DNA of 64,000 nt, taken from contig OZ287071.1 in NCBI GenBank assembly GCA_965645245.1, positions 2,604,001-2,668,000 of the forward strand, in the 5' to 3' direction. Origin of the DNA: Massalongia carnosa (Eukaryota). Made by a program: the position numbers and the translations under genes. This document shows, one piece after another, positions 61,517 through 64,000 of this stretch. The number at the start of each line of letters is the position of its first letter. The first letter of the stretch is position 1. The notes beneath the pieces were generated by a model, which made no database searches, was not told the origin of the DNA, and saw only the letters and a list, made by a program, of their open reading frames with translations.

Positions 61517-63992
61517 TTAAGCTTTTTGAAGACTTCTCAGTTCCCGCTTCAGATACTTTATCTCCGATGAAAAGGGTTGGCTCCAATGAACCTCATTCTC
61601 CGTGTCCTCTTCCTCAGCTAAACCCCGAAATTCTATCATGTCTGGATCCTGCTCCGTGTAATTTACAAGTAACATATCCTTGGCCTCCACCTTAGTCCTC
61701 TCGGTGAAAATCCGAAACTCCGTCCTGCCCGAAACCGGTTCTTCGCAAGTCATACGCAGCATGTTGTTCTCGGCCTCGCACCCCCATTTTCGCTTGGGGT
61801 TGGGGGAATTGAGCATTAGAGCGCTGTTGGCGGTGAGCGGAGGCATAGGCATCTTGATTACCGCTCTTTCGAAATCGATGAACATGACCCGTTGGAGTTC
61901 GTTGCTCCACAGAATGTTGCGCGGCGACACGTCCATGTGCAGGATACCAAGTTCGTGGATCGCGTGAATCGCGTGAATCGCGTGAATCGCGTGAATCGCT
62001 TGCTTCGTCACCAGCTGCAGCTTTAGTAAACTCGATGGACTGTCAATACGTGATCCGCCCCAGGCCATGAGCATCATGTGAACAATCTGTACGCCGCAAT
62101 TGAAGGTGTATATTCTCTCCAGGTTAATATTTCCAAGGCATACCGGAATGTGAATACCTTGGATTTTTTCGAGTTGCGTGTACACCTCCCCCTCGTGAAC
62201 GAGGTCCTCGACGTACGCGTATATAGTGCACTTAGCCGCAACGGTGTATCCATGTGAGAGCAGTTGCACCTTGAACAAAGCCCCCGAGAACCCTGCACAT
62301 AGAGAGGGTAGCAGCCAGCGTCAAGGTTCTTGAAGAGCTGCTGTCGGACGAGAAGAAGAAAGGTCTCCGAAGTGATGGAGTGATAGTCGCCGTGTTTATG
62401 ATGACGCCGATGGTTAGGACAATTTCTATCAAGGATGCCCCCCATCAACAAGCCACGAAGGCAGCGCTGTGTACAATACGCTACACGTAGTCCCGAGTTC
62501 TGGTGTCGTAGCGCTTGCGAGGGGCCATAGATTTTTTGAAGTCTCGGTGCCGGCCTGATTGCCGACTTGGAGTATCAACATCATCATCTTTGTCCTCATC
62601 TCCGTCGCCGTGTTGATCATCATCCTCATCATCGCCCGAGCTCATTTGGTCATCCTCATTTACTCCATCTAAATCGAATTGGCGGAGGCTTTCAGCTTTA
62701 GAACGAAGAAAACGGGGAGAGTGAAAGACGAGAAGTTCTTGTCGCCGTGTCGTACGCTTGAACTCGGAATGTGCGATCTCTAAGCGCACCGATTCGGGGA
62801 TTTGTGCCAGTATTGACTGAGGGTCAACCACCCATCTGTCGAGCACTCCTTTCGCCTTGCCAATCCACTCAGCTCCTAGAGCCCGCTATTGCAAAGTCTG
62901 GAGAGTGAATGCGAGGACTTGCCCAAGCGCTGTCAAATGTAAACGGTTCGGTGCTGTAGAGTCAGGGGACCACCCGGTGCTGGAACCAACATCGATGTTG
63001 GGAATAGACAGATGATAGTACACCGTTGTTGGGTCCTCGGGGCGCACATTTAAGAACACAAAGCCTTCTCCCGTACAAACGTAACCGAACTGTAGCCCGC
63101 TCTCCACCATATATGAAAAAGCTTGCGTGATGACTGCAGCCACGAGAAGGCCAGAGTGATATGCAACTCGAGCTTCGGCCTGGTCTTTGCTCGGAATATT
63201 TGGGCATTGCATCAGGTCCTTCATCGGGTTCATGGGCCGAAGTCCCTCCTTCAAGTGTGCCAGAGTTAACTTATGGGGGGCCTTGTACTCGATAATAAAA
63301 CACACAATGTTCTGGCCCTATGCCACGTTATATACACACATCTGATCCGTATGCTTTAGTACGAGTTCGGGAGCTCTTGCCATGACCGGATTGTGTTTCG
63401 TAGAATCCTTTCGAGGACTTAACTGGTGCATGCGGCTGGCAACTTCAGGGTCGTCGAAGCTTAAAGTGTTCTGGTGATTTTCAAAAACAACTCCACCGTT
63501 AAGATGCAGTTTCTCCTTGATTACAGGGTCGGTGCTAAAGTGTTTAATAATCCGAGAGACTTGGCTTTCGACAGCGTATCGCTCGAAAAACTCTAGATCC
63601 TTCTCGGATGCGATCATCCTCTCAAACTGAAACTCGGACCCCTCCAAGTAAGCCAGTGTGCTGAAAACTCGCGAAGACTTGATAGTGTTGCTCAACTCCT
63701 CAAGTTGTTGCCACGTAGCCTTCTGTTGGGTGTTGAATTCTATCCATGGTTTAATGAGCCTTGGACAAAGTTTCCCGTCGGCATTAGAGGGATCGCCTTT
63801 AGTTGCCAATGTTTTATTCATCTGCACCTTCATATTCATGGAGAAGTTAACATGTGCTGCATCTAAGAACTCGAGAAGAGTTGTGCTGCGAAGTTGTCTC
63901 TCAGCTTGCTCCCGAGAAACTCGCTCATTTTCGAGATTTTGCTCTGATCGCCGAAGAAGCTCTCTTAGCTCGGCGACGGTGAGAGACTCCAT
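61517..63992 (-). pseudogene. Spok-like coiled-coil / PD-(D/E)xK nuclease / Cys cluster / kinase protein, disrupted
   Basis: Coiled coil then TTLLEFLDAAH..GKLCPRLIKPW; TDQMCV..IIEYKAPHK..TQAFSYM..FGYVCTGE; YCTQRCLRGL..LDRNCPNH; kinase GSRGALFKV, HMDVSPRNILW, IDFERA. TAGs at 63318 and 62886; frameshifts at about 62480 and 62283. Confidence 0.8.
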
Positions 63993-64000
63993 TTTGAGTG

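Overview
Eukaryotic DNA from a filamentous ascomycete (Pezizomycotina): GT-AG introns with CTRAC/CTAA branch sites and recognisable fungal orthologues. About 1-39 kb is mostly gene-dense housekeeping sequence: a DUF4243 oxidoreductase, ATP4, NOC4, a Sel1-repeat protein, a bZIP factor with a putative TM segment, a CCCH zinc-finger protein, CSN4, TFG2, SPC2, EMC3, an MscS pseudogene, MTD1 and RPF2. It is interrupted at 17.2-24.7 kb by an accessory trio: a fungal AAA+ ATPase, a convergent P-loop-less NACHT-like gene with a premature TAG, and a secreted subtilase. From about 40.4 kb to the end the window is a repeat/conflict compartment. It holds an in-frame LINE-MULE chimeric ORF, an intact Tc1 (DD34E) element, a LINE 3' tail, a decayed Ngaro/DIRS tyrosine-recombinase retroelement, and an orphan rDNA piece (28S 3' end, IGS and probable 5' ETS). 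It also holds an intact hydrolase-NB-ARC-TPR NLR with 15 near-identical, site-hypervariable repeats, and a disrupted Spok-like nuclease-kinase (spore-killer family). Family assignments come from motif recognition by eye; no database search was run. Exon boundaries are manual estimates.
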